Assembly (NCBI GenBank): GCA_963740085.1
Contig: CAVUCU010000005.1
Location: forward strand, 453,731 to 517,730
Direction of reading: 5' to 3'
Length of the DNA: 64,000 bases
DNA from: Nitrospirota bacterium
GTDB lineage: Bacteria > Nitrospirota > UBA9217
Each line of letters begins with the position of its first letter. Position 1 is the stretch's first letter. Below, in pieces: positions 30,614 to 40,402 of the stretch. Below the pieces are notes generated by a model. The model was not told the DNA's origin and did no database searches. It was given only the letters and a program-made list of their open reading frames with translations. Made by a program: the position numbers and the translations under genes.

Positions 30614-32497
30614 TTACGGTGATGATGAACACGAGTCCATGGTCGTAATAAACCGGATGCATTCCCCGGCAGGAAGGGGCTTGCTGAAGAGGTAACCCTG
30701 CACTTCGTCGCACGGCAACTCACGTAAAAAAGCAAACTGCTCCTCCGTCTCCACTCCCTCTGCGATGACCCTCAGCTTCAAGCTGTGCGCCATCGCAATG
30801 ATCGCCCGGACAATGGCGGCGTCGTCCGGACTCGTGTTGATATTCATGACAAAAGACCTGTCAATCTTGAGGGAATCGAACGGGATCCGCCTGAGATAGT
30901 TCAGAGACGAGTAGCCGGTGCCGAAATCATCGATGGAGATACGGATCCCCATTTCTTTAAATTGTTTCAGTGTGGCAATAGCCTTTTCGGGGTTCTGCAT
31001 GACCGTGCTCTCGGTAATTTCCAGCTCAAGGTGGTGAGGATCCATTTCAACTTCTTTCAGGGCTCTCGTCACTGTTTCGACGAGATCTTTATGGCCGAAC
31101 TGCCGGCTGGACAGGTTCACGGATATGCTGACAGACGGAAGCCCCATCGCGCGCCAGGCCCTATTCTGACGGCAGGCAGCACTCAATACCCACTCGCCGA
31201 TCCGAACGATCATTCCGCTCTCTTCAGCAAGAGGGATGAACTCGGCCGGCGATATCATCCCCTTGTCCGGATGCTTCCAGCGAATAAGAGCTTCGATGCC
31301 GACCACCTTTCTGCTCTTGGCGTCCAGCTTCGGCTGATAGTGAAGAAAGAACTCTTTCCGTTCTATTGCCCGATGAAGCTCGTTCTCCAGATTCAGCCGC
31401 TCAAGAGTGGCGGCGTTCATGGACTCCGCATAAAACTGGAAGTTGTTTTTCCCCTGATTCTTGGCGTGGTACATCGCGATATCGGCAGTCTTGAGCAGGG
31501 AATCTGCATCGGTACCGTCCGAGGGGTATAACGAAATGCCGATACTGGCCGTTATAAATACCTCCTGACCGCTAAGAATGAACGGTTGGGACAGGTCCGT
31601 AAGTATGCGGTTCGCCGCAATGGCGGCATCTTCAATCCGGCTCAGTTCGTTCAGCAGGACAATGAACTCGTCCCCGCCCAACCTCGACACGGCATCTTGT
31701 GATTCCTCTTTGTCCGAACGGGCAACAGAGTCGCTCTTTCTCACACCCTGTGTCAGCCTGGTTGCAACTTCCTGGAGCAGCTGGTCTCCCGCGTCATGTC
31801 CAAGAGTGTCATTAATGCGCTTGAAGGCATCGAGGTCGACAAAGAGTGTTGCCAGGTTGCGTCTGTATCGCTGGGCGAGCGTCAGGGCACGGGACAGGAT
31901 CTCTTTGTAGAACGTGCGGTTCGGCAGGCCCGTTAATGCGTCGTAATAGGCAAGTGACCGAATCTGTTCCTCCGCATTCTTCCGGCCGGTGATGTCCCTC
32001 TGGATATGCACGACCTGGATGATGATATCATTCTCGTCGCGGATCGGCGATGAGCTGACCTCAACATATGATTTATTCCCGTCATGGTCGAGGTGCACGT
32101 GCTCGGCCGATGCATGTTGGCCGGTTTTCATGGTTTCCGAAAGAGGGCAGATATCATCCGGTGCGGTGCAGAGGCCGCTGCGGCCGTGGGTTACTTCATA
32201 ACAGAATTTGCCAATCGCTTCCTCCTCCGAAACAGTAAACTCGTGGAGAAAGGCGCTGTTCACGCCGACAATCCGCAAATCCTTGACATCGACGATGCAG
32301 ATCGGGTCGATCATGCTGTTCAGGACGGTCCGGCTGAATTCATAGGCTCGCCTCAGTTCCCGGGTGCGTTCGAACACGCGCTGCTCCAGAGATTCGTTCA
32401 GGCTCCTGAGTTTTTCCTCCGCCTGTTTGCGCGCCTCTTCTGTTTCCTGTTGCATCGCTGAGGTATTATTCGGCGCCGGTCCGGGATCATCGCTCAT
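30614..32497 (-). CDS. PAS-GGDEF-EAL diguanylate cyclase/phosphodiesterase
   Basis: PAS, DALTGLPNR, RLGGDEF, EALIRW, DDFGTGYSSL, AEGVET. Confidence 0.95.
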   Translation of the reverse strand: MSDDPGPAPNNTSAMQQETEEARKQAEEKLRSLNESLEQRVFERTRELRRAYEFSRTVLNSMIDPICIVDVKDLRIVGVNSAFLHEFTVSEEEAIGKFCYEVTHGRSGLCTAPDDICPLSETMKTGQHASAEHVHLDHDGNKSYVEVSSSPIRDENDIIIQVVHIQRDITGRKNAEEQIRSLAYYDALTGLPNRTFYKEILSRALTLAQRYRRNLATLFVDLDAFKRINDTLGHDAGDQLLQEVATRLTQGVRKSDSVARSDKEESQDAVSRLGGDEFIVLLNELSRIEDAAIAANRILTDLSQPFILSGQEVFITASIGISLYPSDGTDADSLLKTADIAMYHAKNQGKNNFQFYAESMNAATLERLNLENELHRAIERKEFFLHYQPKLDAKSRKVVGIEALIRWKHPDKGMISPAEFIPLAEESGMIVRIGEWVLSAACRQNRAWRAMGLPSVSISVNLSSRQFGHKDLVETVTRALKEVEMDPHHLELEITESTVMQNPEKAIATLKQFKEMGIRISIDDFGTGYSSLNYLRRIPFDSLKIDRSFVMNINTSPDDAAIVRAIIAMAHSLKLRVIAEGVETEEQFAFLRELPCDEVQGYLFSKPLPAGECIRFITTMDSCSSSP

Positions 32498-32820
32498 TTT
32501 GCTTCAATCTCCTCAAGAGTTTTCAGTATCCGTTCTCTCTTCTTGAGGTTTTCCTCTGCTTTCAACCCCAGCACGGTATTCGGACCGTGCTCTATGACCT
32601 GTTGAAATGACCTCCTGGCCTCTCCATATTTTTCGTCGGAGTATTGCTGAAGGCCCCTATCGTTATACCACTGCTGCGTTTTCGTGTTAACAGGCTTCGC
32701 TTGCGGATTGTCGACCGATATCGGCGGAGAAGCCCAGCCGGCCGTGACCAACAAGGCGACACAACACAGGAGCATCATACAACGCATGGATTTTTTTGTC
32801 ATGAACAGGCCTGCCATCAT
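32494..32820 (-). CDS. Small exported TPR-like protein
   Basis: Signal peptide, WYNDRGLQQYSDEKYGEARRSFQQVI; stop overlaps the next start. Confidence 0.65.
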   Translation of the reverse strand: MMAGLFMTKKSMRCMMLLCCVALLVTAGWASPPISVDNPQAKPVNTKTQQWYNDRGLQQYSDEKYGEARRSFQQVIEHGPNTVLGLKAEENLKKRERILKTLEEIEAK

Positions 32821-33017
32821 CGCTTCACTCTCTCACGCTGACGGGGAATAGGAGTTGATCTCTCGGAGGGCAACTGCTACCATCTTGCAATCAGTATATA
32901 ATAAGAACTCCTTTTATTCAATGGTTTTAATCTTGCTTTTTCGGTAAGGCGGGACCGGACACCGTTTTGCACGGGCATTTCATTTAATTCATTTGTTCAG
33001 GGGGCGCCGGGTGGTGA

Positions 33018-34043
33018 TCATAGCTTTACATTTCTTAAATACGCTGCCGCCTCTTCAGGCGGCGTGGGATTGATATAGAAACCCGAGCCTCTCTCAAACC
33101 CCGCGACGCGCATGAGCCGCGGCGTGATCTCGAGGTGCCAATGGAAGTCGTCGTTAAGGGTATGCCAGTGACCGCGGCGCGCGATGCGGTTTGGTGCTGA
33201 GTAGAGCATATAATTGTACGGCGGGTTCCTCAACACCTTCCCGAGACGCTGGAGTGTGTGGCGGAGTGTCCGGGAAAAGTCCATGATCTCTTCCTTGCTG
33301 ATATCCACATATGAGCACAGATGCTTCTTGGGGTAGATCCAGGTTTCGAAGGGGAAGCGGGGTGCGAAGGGCACCATGACCAGGAAGTGGCGCGTCTCCT
33401 CGATCACGCGCTCCGGGGTTGCCAGTTCCTGCCTGATGATGTCGCAGAAGAGACATCGCTCTTTATAATCATAGTACGATTTGGCGCCATCCAGCTTTTC
33501 CTTCACGGCCTTGGGGACGACGGGTGTGGCAATGATCTGGGAATGGGAGTGGTTCAGGGCCGAGCCGGCGGTCCAGCCCTGATTCTTGAAGACCAGAACA
33601 TAGCGGAGCCTGCTGTCCCGCTCAAGATCGAGGATCCGGTCACGGTAGGACCAGAGAACTTTTTCTACCTGATTTTCAGGAAGCTCTTCGAGTCGAAGGG
33701 CGTGCTCCGGGCTCTCGATAATGATCTCGTGGGCGCCGATGCCGTTCATCCAGTCGTAGATGCCGCTGCCTTCGCGCTCAAGGGTGCCTTCGATATGCAG
33801 CACCGGGAACTTGCTCGGGATCACGCGAACCCACCAGCCTTCGGTGTTCGGTGCGGACTTCTCGGTGCGAAACGAAGCGATCTCCGGAGGGGTCTTTGCC
33901 TCATTGCCGCCGCAGAACGGACATTCCGCGGGCGTTACATCATCGATCGGCTCTTCAAACGCATAGTCTTCGGGTTTTTTCGGACGCTCGGTGGAAATGA
34001 TGATCCACCGGCCAACGATGGGGTCCTTCCGCAAACGGGACAT
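33018..34043 (-). CDS. galT: Galactose-1-phosphate uridylyltransferase (GalT family)
   Basis: LRKDPIVGRWIII, CPFCGGNE, HSHSQ nucleophile motif, HWHLEI, AGFERGSG. Confidence 0.92.
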   Translation of the reverse strand: MSRLRKDPIVGRWIIISTERPKKPEDYAFEEPIDDVTPAECPFCGGNEAKTPPEIASFRTEKSAPNTEGWWVRVIPSKFPVLHIEGTLEREGSGIYDWMNGIGAHEIIIESPEHALRLEELPENQVEKVLWSYRDRILDLERDSRLRYVLVFKNQGWTAGSALNHSHSQIIATPVVPKAVKEKLDGAKSYYDYKERCLFCDIIRQELATPERVIEETRHFLVMVPFAPRFPFETWIYPKKHLCSYVDISKEEIMDFSRTLRHTLQRLGKVLRNPPYNYMLYSAPNRIARRGHWHTLNDDFHWHLEITPRLMRVAGFERGSGFYINPTPPEEAAAYLRNVKL

Positions 34044-34420
34044 CAGCTGCCCGACCTCGCCCGCTGCTCGGTCAGCACCTTGTGTACGATCTGTTTCAGT
34101 TCCTTTATACGAACGGGCTTGTTGATATACTCTGCGGCGCCGAGGCTCATGGCCTTCAAATAGCTCTCCACCTCGCCGTATGCGGTAACCATGATCACGT
34201 CTGTTTTTGACCCCATCTTGCGGATTTCCTGCAGGAGTTGAAGGCCGTCCATAACCGGCATCTTGATGTCCGTGATCACGAGATTGAAGGGCTGGCTTTT
34301 AAAAAGGCCCAGAGCCTCCTCACCGCCACTTGCGAGGGAAACGTCATAGCCTTCATCGGTCAATATGGTATTGAAGAGATCGCGTGCGCCTTCTTCGTCG
34401 TCAACAACAAGAATCTTCAT
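34043..34420 (-). CDS. Single-domain response regulator
   Basis: ILVVDDE..VITDIKMP..MVTAYG..YINKP. Confidence 0.92.
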   Translation of the reverse strand: MKILVVDDEEGARDLFNTILTDEGYDVSLASGGEEALGLFKSQPFNLVITDIKMPVMDGLQLLQEIRKMGSKTDVIMVTAYGEVESYLKAMSLGAAEYINKPVRIKELKQIVHKVLTEQRARSGS

Positions 34421-34554
34421 CCGTTCTCCCTCAATACATCGTGGTAAAGCAAAAATATCATAAAATTATGCTCTCGTCAAGGTTACCCAGAGTAACACTC
34501 ACTCCACAAAGGCGGAGAACCTGTTTCACTGACCTCACTTAGCTGTTTGAAATA

Positions 34555-35319
34555 TCAACGATTTATTTCATACAGGAGGTGCAGTCCCTCAAGGGTAAGA
34601 TGCGGTTTTATCTCCTGAATGGTCTTTGTTTCCGGGGAAACCAGCTCGGCAAGACCTCCGGTCGCCACGACCCTTGCATCGGCCGATAGCTCCTCCTTCA
34701 TTCTCTCCACTATGCCGTCCACGAGTCCCGCGTAGCCGTAGATGATGCCCGACTGCATTGCGCTGATGGTGTCTGCACCGATGACCTTCGGGGGCTTAAC
34801 GAGTTCGACCCTCGGCAGCTTTGACGCGCGCTGGAACAATGCCTCTGCCGAGATCTTCATTCCCGGACAGATCGCCCCGCCGAGGTACTCGCCGTTCTTT
34901 GTTATCGCACAGAAGGTGGTAGCCGTGCCGAAATCCACGATAATAAGCGGGCCGCCATAAAGCTTATAGGCCGCGGCAGCGTTCACGATACGGTCGGCGC
35001 CTACCTCTTTTGGATTATCGGTGTGTATCGTGATACCCGTCTTCAGTTCATGCGTCACGACCATGGGCTCGACCCTGATGTACTTCCGGGACATCTCGAC
35101 CATCACCGGCAGGAGCGGCGGCACCACCGCCGAGATGATCACCCCCTGTATCTGATTGAACTCGATTCCGGCGAAGCCGAAGAGGTCCTTGAAGATCATG
35201 GCGTATTCATCGGGTGTGATCTGCGTGTTCGTACCCACGCGCCAGTTTTCAACGAGCCTTTCCCTGTCGAACACGCCGAGGACCACGTTGGTGTTGCCGA
35301 TATCGATGGCTAATAACAT
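34555..35319 (-). CDS. coaX: Type III pantothenate kinase
   Basis: AIDIGNTN, VGADR, VDFGTATT, ATGGLA. Confidence 0.96.
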   Translation of the reverse strand: MLLAIDIGNTNVVLGVFDRERLVENWRVGTNTQITPDEYAMIFKDLFGFAGIEFNQIQGVIISAVVPPLLPVMVEMSRKYIRVEPMVVTHELKTGITIHTDNPKEVGADRIVNAAAAYKLYGGPLIIVDFGTATTFCAITKNGEYLGGAICPGMKISAEALFQRASKLPRVELVKPPKVIGADTISAMQSGIIYGYAGLVDGIVERMKEELSADARVVATGGLAELVSPETKTIQEIKPHLTLEGLHLLYEINR

Positions 35320-35430
35320 GGAAGAAGGCCTCCGAAGTATAGGGTCCGGGGTTCAGGGGCAAGGTTCCGGGAAAAGCAAAGGCTCATTTAATCCTTGACC
35401 GCCTGAACCCCGGACCCTGGCTACTGGACC

Positions 35431-36402
35431 CTATTTTTTAAGGATCGTCACATCCCCCGCTGCGACCGTACGGATCGTGCCATTATCGAGCCTGACGATA
35501 AGCCTGCCGTCACCATCAACGCCTTGCGCCAGGCCGTCGAGAGCCTCGCCCGTTCCGCTCACGGTGATGCGGTTACCCACCGTTGTGTTGAGCTTTTTCC
35601 ATTCGTCGAGAACTTCCGCGTCATTGATGAGGAACTTCTCATACCAGGTCTCAAGGTCCCGCAGAACCTGCTGGAGCAGCATGGTCCTGTTTATCTTCGC
35701 TCCGGCCTCTGCCGCGAGCGTGGTCGTGACGCTGCGGACCTCGGGGGGCAGCTCGCCCATCTCCATGTTTACATCCACGCCTATGCCGAGCACGACATGA
35801 CGAATGCGGTCCTGCTCGGCGCTCATCTCGGTCAGCAAACCGCTGACTTTTTTACCGGAGAGAAGGATATCATTCGGCCACTTAATGCCGGCCTCCAGTC
35901 CGCACGTTGTCCTGATCGCCGATGCCACGGCCACAGCGCCTGTCAGCGTGATCAGGGGCGCCTTATGCATCGGAATGTTCGGACGGAGGACCACGCTGAG
36001 ATAAAGGTTCCCTTTCGGCGAGATCCATTTCCTGCCGAGCCTGCCCTTACCGCCGGTCTGCGTCTCGGCGATCACGACGGTCCCTTCGGGCGTTCCATCA
36101 GCCGCCATCTCCATGGCCAGGGTGTTCGTGGATGTCACCTCGGACAGAAAATGTATTTTCTTTCCGATGATCGTCGTCCTGAGCCCCGGCCTGATGTCGC
36201 CCTGTCTGAGGATATCAGGCACGGTCGTGATTTTATATCCCTGCGACGGGACGGCCTCGATCCCGAACCCCTCGCGCTCCAGCGACTTGATGTGTTTCCA
36301 CACCATCGTTCGGGAGATGCCGCATTTCCTCGCCAGTTCTTCTCCGGAGATGAATCCCGAGCGGGACGACCGGAGCAGGTTCAGTATTTTTTCTTTATAC
36401 AT
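35431..36402 (-). CDS. birA: Bifunctional biotin ligase/repressor BirA
   Basis: N-terminal HTH ISGEELA..SRTMVWKHI, QTGGKGRLGRKW, KWPND. Confidence 0.96.
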   Translation of the reverse strand: MYKEKILNLLRSSRSGFISGEELARKCGISRTMVWKHIKSLEREGFGIEAVPSQGYKITTVPDILRQGDIRPGLRTTIIGKKIHFLSEVTSTNTLAMEMAADGTPEGTVVIAETQTGGKGRLGRKWISPKGNLYLSVVLRPNIPMHKAPLITLTGAVAVASAIRTTCGLEAGIKWPNDILLSGKKVSGLLTEMSAEQDRIRHVVLGIGVDVNMEMGELPPEVRSVTTTLAAEAGAKINRTMLLQQVLRDLETWYEKFLINDAEVLDEWKKLNTTVGNRITVSGTGEALDGLAQGVDGDGRLIVRLDNGTIRTVAAGDVTILKK

Positions 36403-36500
36403 TTAATCTTTTTCACCGCTCAGGCGCAAAGAGCGCGAAGTTTAAAAACGTCTAATCCATATTAGGTTTTTCTTAGCGTCCTTCGCGACTTCGCGGTTAA

Positions 36501-37325
36501 TTATTTTATTTTCATACTGATATCCGCCGCCGGCGCTGAATGCGTCAGGCTTCCTGACGACACAAAGTCCACGCCCGTCTCGGCGATGTGCCGGACCGTC
36601 TCCAGCGTCACGTTGCCGGACGCTTCCACGAGGGCGCGACCTGCGATCAGCTTCACAGCTCCGCGCATCATCTCCACCGGCATATTGTCGAGCATGATGA
36701 TGTCGGCCTTCGCCGCCAATGCCTCGCGCACCTCATCGAGCGTTTTGGTCTCGACTTCGATCCGGAGGCTGCCGGTCTTCGCTCGTGCGGACGCGACTGC
36801 TTTCGCAATGCCTCCCGCCGCTTTGATGTGATTGTCCTTGATCAGGATCATGTCGTATAATCCCATACGGTGATTCTTCCCGCCGCCCATCCGGACGGCG
36901 TTCTTTTCAAGCTGCCGCAAACCGGGGAGCGTCTTGCGCGTATCCAGCACCGCGGCCTTCAAACCCTTCACCTGATCCACGTATCCGGCGGTCAGCGTCG
37001 CGATGCCGGACAGATGCTGGAGCAGGTTCAGGGCCACGCGTTCGCCCGCGAGCAGCGCCCTCGTATTGCCCGACAGCCTCGCGATCTCGGTGCCGGCATT
37101 GATCCTGTCACCGTCCTTTGCAAGCGGTGTAAACCGGACATCCGGATCAAGATGCCGGAACACCTCGGCCGCGATATCAATACCTGCAAGGATGAGGTTC
37201 TGCTTCGCCAGGACGGACGCCGTGGACGTGAGCTCGGCGGGGATGGTCGCCTCGGAGGTTACATCACCGGAGCCGAGGTCTTCAGCGAGTGCTTTTTCGA
37301 TGAGCTCTTTTAAAGAATATTCCAT
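36501..37325 (-). CDS. nadC: Nicotinate-nucleotide pyrophosphorylase (carboxylating)
   Basis: GERVALN, DTRKTLPG, NHRMGL, LIKDNH, MLDNM, EASGNV. Confidence 0.97.
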   Translation of the reverse strand: MEYSLKELIEKALAEDLGSGDVTSEATIPAELTSTASVLAKQNLILAGIDIAAEVFRHLDPDVRFTPLAKDGDRINAGTEIARLSGNTRALLAGERVALNLLQHLSGIATLTAGYVDQVKGLKAAVLDTRKTLPGLRQLEKNAVRMGGGKNHRMGLYDMILIKDNHIKAAGGIAKAVASARAKTGSLRIEVETKTLDEVREALAAKADIIMLDNMPVEMMRGAVKLIAGRALVEASGNVTLETVRHIAETGVDFVSSGSLTHSAPAADISMKIK

Positions 37326-37356
37326 CTGGCTTAAACGTTGATCATTGAATTTTTTG

Positions 37357-40189
37357 TCACCCTACCATCTTCAGGCTCTGCTCAAGCTTCTCCCGCTTCG
37401 CTTTGAACTCCTCGAGCTTCGCCGTGTCCTTTTCGACAACTTCTTTCGGCGCCTTATCAACGAAATTCTTGTTGGAAAGCTTTTTTGAAAACACCTCGAT
37501 GTCCTTTGAGATCTTCGCGATCTCTTTCTGGAGCCGGTCGCGCTCCTGGGTGATATCGAGCAGACCTTCGAGCGGCACATAGACCTCGGCACCGGTGATC
37601 ACCGCTGTTGCCACGGACCCGGGCTTTGCTTCAGACACGCCGATGCGAAGCTCCTTGATCCGCGCAAGGGTCTTTGCATACCCGGCGCTTTTCTCAAGGT
37701 GCTCGCCGAGCTCCCGGGTCTCCACGTTCACGATGACGCTTATCTGCAGGGATGGCGCGATGTTCATCTCGCCGCGAATGTTCCTGATAGCCAGGATCAG
37801 GTCCATCACCATCTGCATGTCGCGCTCGATCTCCGCATTGATCAGGTTCTCATCCGCCACCGGATACTCCGCCACCATGATAGATTCGGGTTTGTTTTTC
37901 TGGTTCCTGCTCTGAACTCCTGACTCCTGAACTCCGAACTTCTTCCGGCAGCGTCTGCCAGATTTCCTCCGTAATAAACGGCATGATCGGATGCAGCAGG
38001 CGAAGCGCGGTTTCGAGAGCATGGGCAAGAACGGTCTGCGTCGCAGTCCGTGACGCGGCTCCCTTATCCTCGTAGAGGACCGGCTTGGAGAACTCGAGGT
38101 ACCAGTCGCAGTACTCATGCCAGATGAAGTGATACAGCGACGAGGCGACGTCGTTGTACCGGAAGTCAACAAGCGCGGCCTGCACGTCTTTCGTGACCGA
38201 GTTCAAGCGCGAGAGGATCCAGCGGTCGGCGAGGGACGAGTCGGGTGTTACGAGTCCGGCGTTCGGAGTGAATTCTTCTTCCAGGTTCATGAACACGAAC
38301 CTGCTCGCGTTCCAGATCTTGTTCGCGAAGTTCCGGTAGCCCTCGATGCGCTCCGGAGCAAGCTTGATATCCCTGCCCTGCGCGGCAAAGGCCGTGAGCG
38401 TGAACCGGAATGCATCGGTGCCGTACTGGTCGATCATCACGAGCGGATCGATGACGTTGCCCTTGGACTTGCTCATCTTCTGTCCTTCGGCGTCGCGCAC
38501 GAGTGCATGGATATAGACCTGCCGGAAAGGAACCTCATGCTTAAAATGGAGCCCCATCATGATCATCCGCGCCACCCAGAAGAAGATGATATCAAAGCTG
38601 GTGACCAGCACTGAGGTGGGGTAATAGGTCTCGACCTCCTTGGTCTTGTCCGGCCATCCGAGCGTGGAGAAAGGCCAGAGCGCCGACGAGAACCACGTGT
38701 CGAGCACATCGGGGTCCCGTATCAGATCGTGAGAGCCGCAACGGGGACATTGCTTTGGCGCCTCCTTCCGGACAATAGCTGCGGCATCGACGCCGATCGT
38801 TACCACTTCCTCTGCAGCGGCCGGCATGCCCGCTCCCTCGCCGGCAGCACCTGCCCCGATCTTTGAAATGAGCACGGCCTTGTCGCACGTCCTGCAATAC
38901 CATGCCGGTATTTGATGCCCCCACCAGATCTGGCGGGAGATGCACCAGTCCTTGATGTTCCGCATCCACTCGAAGTAGGTGTTCTCCCAACCCTTTGGAA
39001 CGAACTGCACCCGTCCGTCCTCCACGACCTTGATCGCGGGTTCGGCAAGAGGCCCGGTCTTCACAAACCACTGGGGGGAAAGATACGGCTCAACAATGGA
39101 CTTGCAGCGGTAGCACTTGCCTACGGAGTGCGCGTGCTCATCGGTCCTGACCATGAAGCCCCGCTCCTGAAGCAGTTCCACCACCATGCCGCGCGCCTTC
39201 TTCGCCGGCTTTCCCGCGATCAGCCTGGTTACCTCCGGCAGCACATCGGGAATGTCGCGGCGGATCTCGGCCCTGTCATTCAGTATTTTTATGCGCGGCA
39301 GCTCCGGTTTCTGCCTCTGTCCCGCCTCATAATCGTTGAAGTCATGCGCCGGGGTGACCTTGACGGCGCCGGTCCCGAACTCGAGGTCCACCAGTATCGA
39401 GTCGCCGATGATCGGGATCTTCCTGCCCGTAAGCGGCAGGTCAACGGTCCTGCCGATCAGGTCCTTATAGCGCGGATCGAGCGGGTGAACCGCGACGGCC
39501 GTGTCGCCGAGCATGGTCTCGGGCCGCGTGGTCGCGACGGTCAACCGGATATTGTGGTCGTGGCTCAGGGGATAGGCAATATGGTACAGCTTGCCCTTCT
39601 CGTCCTCGTGCTCCACCTCGATGTCCGACAGCGCCGTGTGGCAGCGCGGACACCAGTTGATCAGGCGCTCGCCGCGGTAGATGAGGCCCTCTTCGTGAAG
39701 AGTGACGAAAACTTCAAGAACGGCCTTCGAAAGGCCGGGGTCCATCGTGAACCGTTCCCGGTCCCAGTCACAGGACGCGCCCATGCGCTTCAACTGGTTG
39801 ATGATCCTGCCGCCGTATTCCTGTTTCCATTTCCAGACTTCCTGTACAAAGGCTTCTCTTCCCATCATATGACGGTCAACATCATTTTTCGCCAACTGGC
39901 GCTCGACCACGTTCTGCGTGGCGATGCCCGCGTGGTCGGTGCCCGGCACCCAGAGGGTATTTCTGCCGGACATGCGCATCCAGCGAACGAGGATGTCCTG
40001 GAGCGTGGCGTTCAGCGCGTGGCCGATATGGAGCGAGCCGGTCACGTTCGGCGGGGGGATCACGATCGAAAAAGGAACGCTGCCCGCATTTTCATCGGCG
40101 TGAAAATATTTTTTCTCCGTCCAAAAGCCGTACCATTTTTCCTCTACAGACTTCGGATCATAGGCCTTGGGCAATTCTTTCCCTGACAT
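37357..40189 (-). CDS. valS: Valine--tRNA ligase with a +1 frameshift near 37925
   Basis: [30 protein letters not shown]; C-terminal coiled coil ([19 protein letters not shown]) continues in another frame. Confidence 0.95.
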
Positions 40190-40402
40190 GAAGCACGCTC
40201 TCCTTTACCCCGTTAGAGGAAGCTGACTCTGGTCGGAGATTAATGTAATACATGAAAAATCGCGGTGGATAGCACAAAACTGTCATCATGAGAAAACGTA
40301 TTCTCTAACGGGGTTTACCTGCACATCGTCGTCCAAATAAAAGAGGGGAGCAAGTCCCCTCGTTGTCATTGTTCCGCACTTTTTGTCCGACCCGTTGAGA
40401 TT

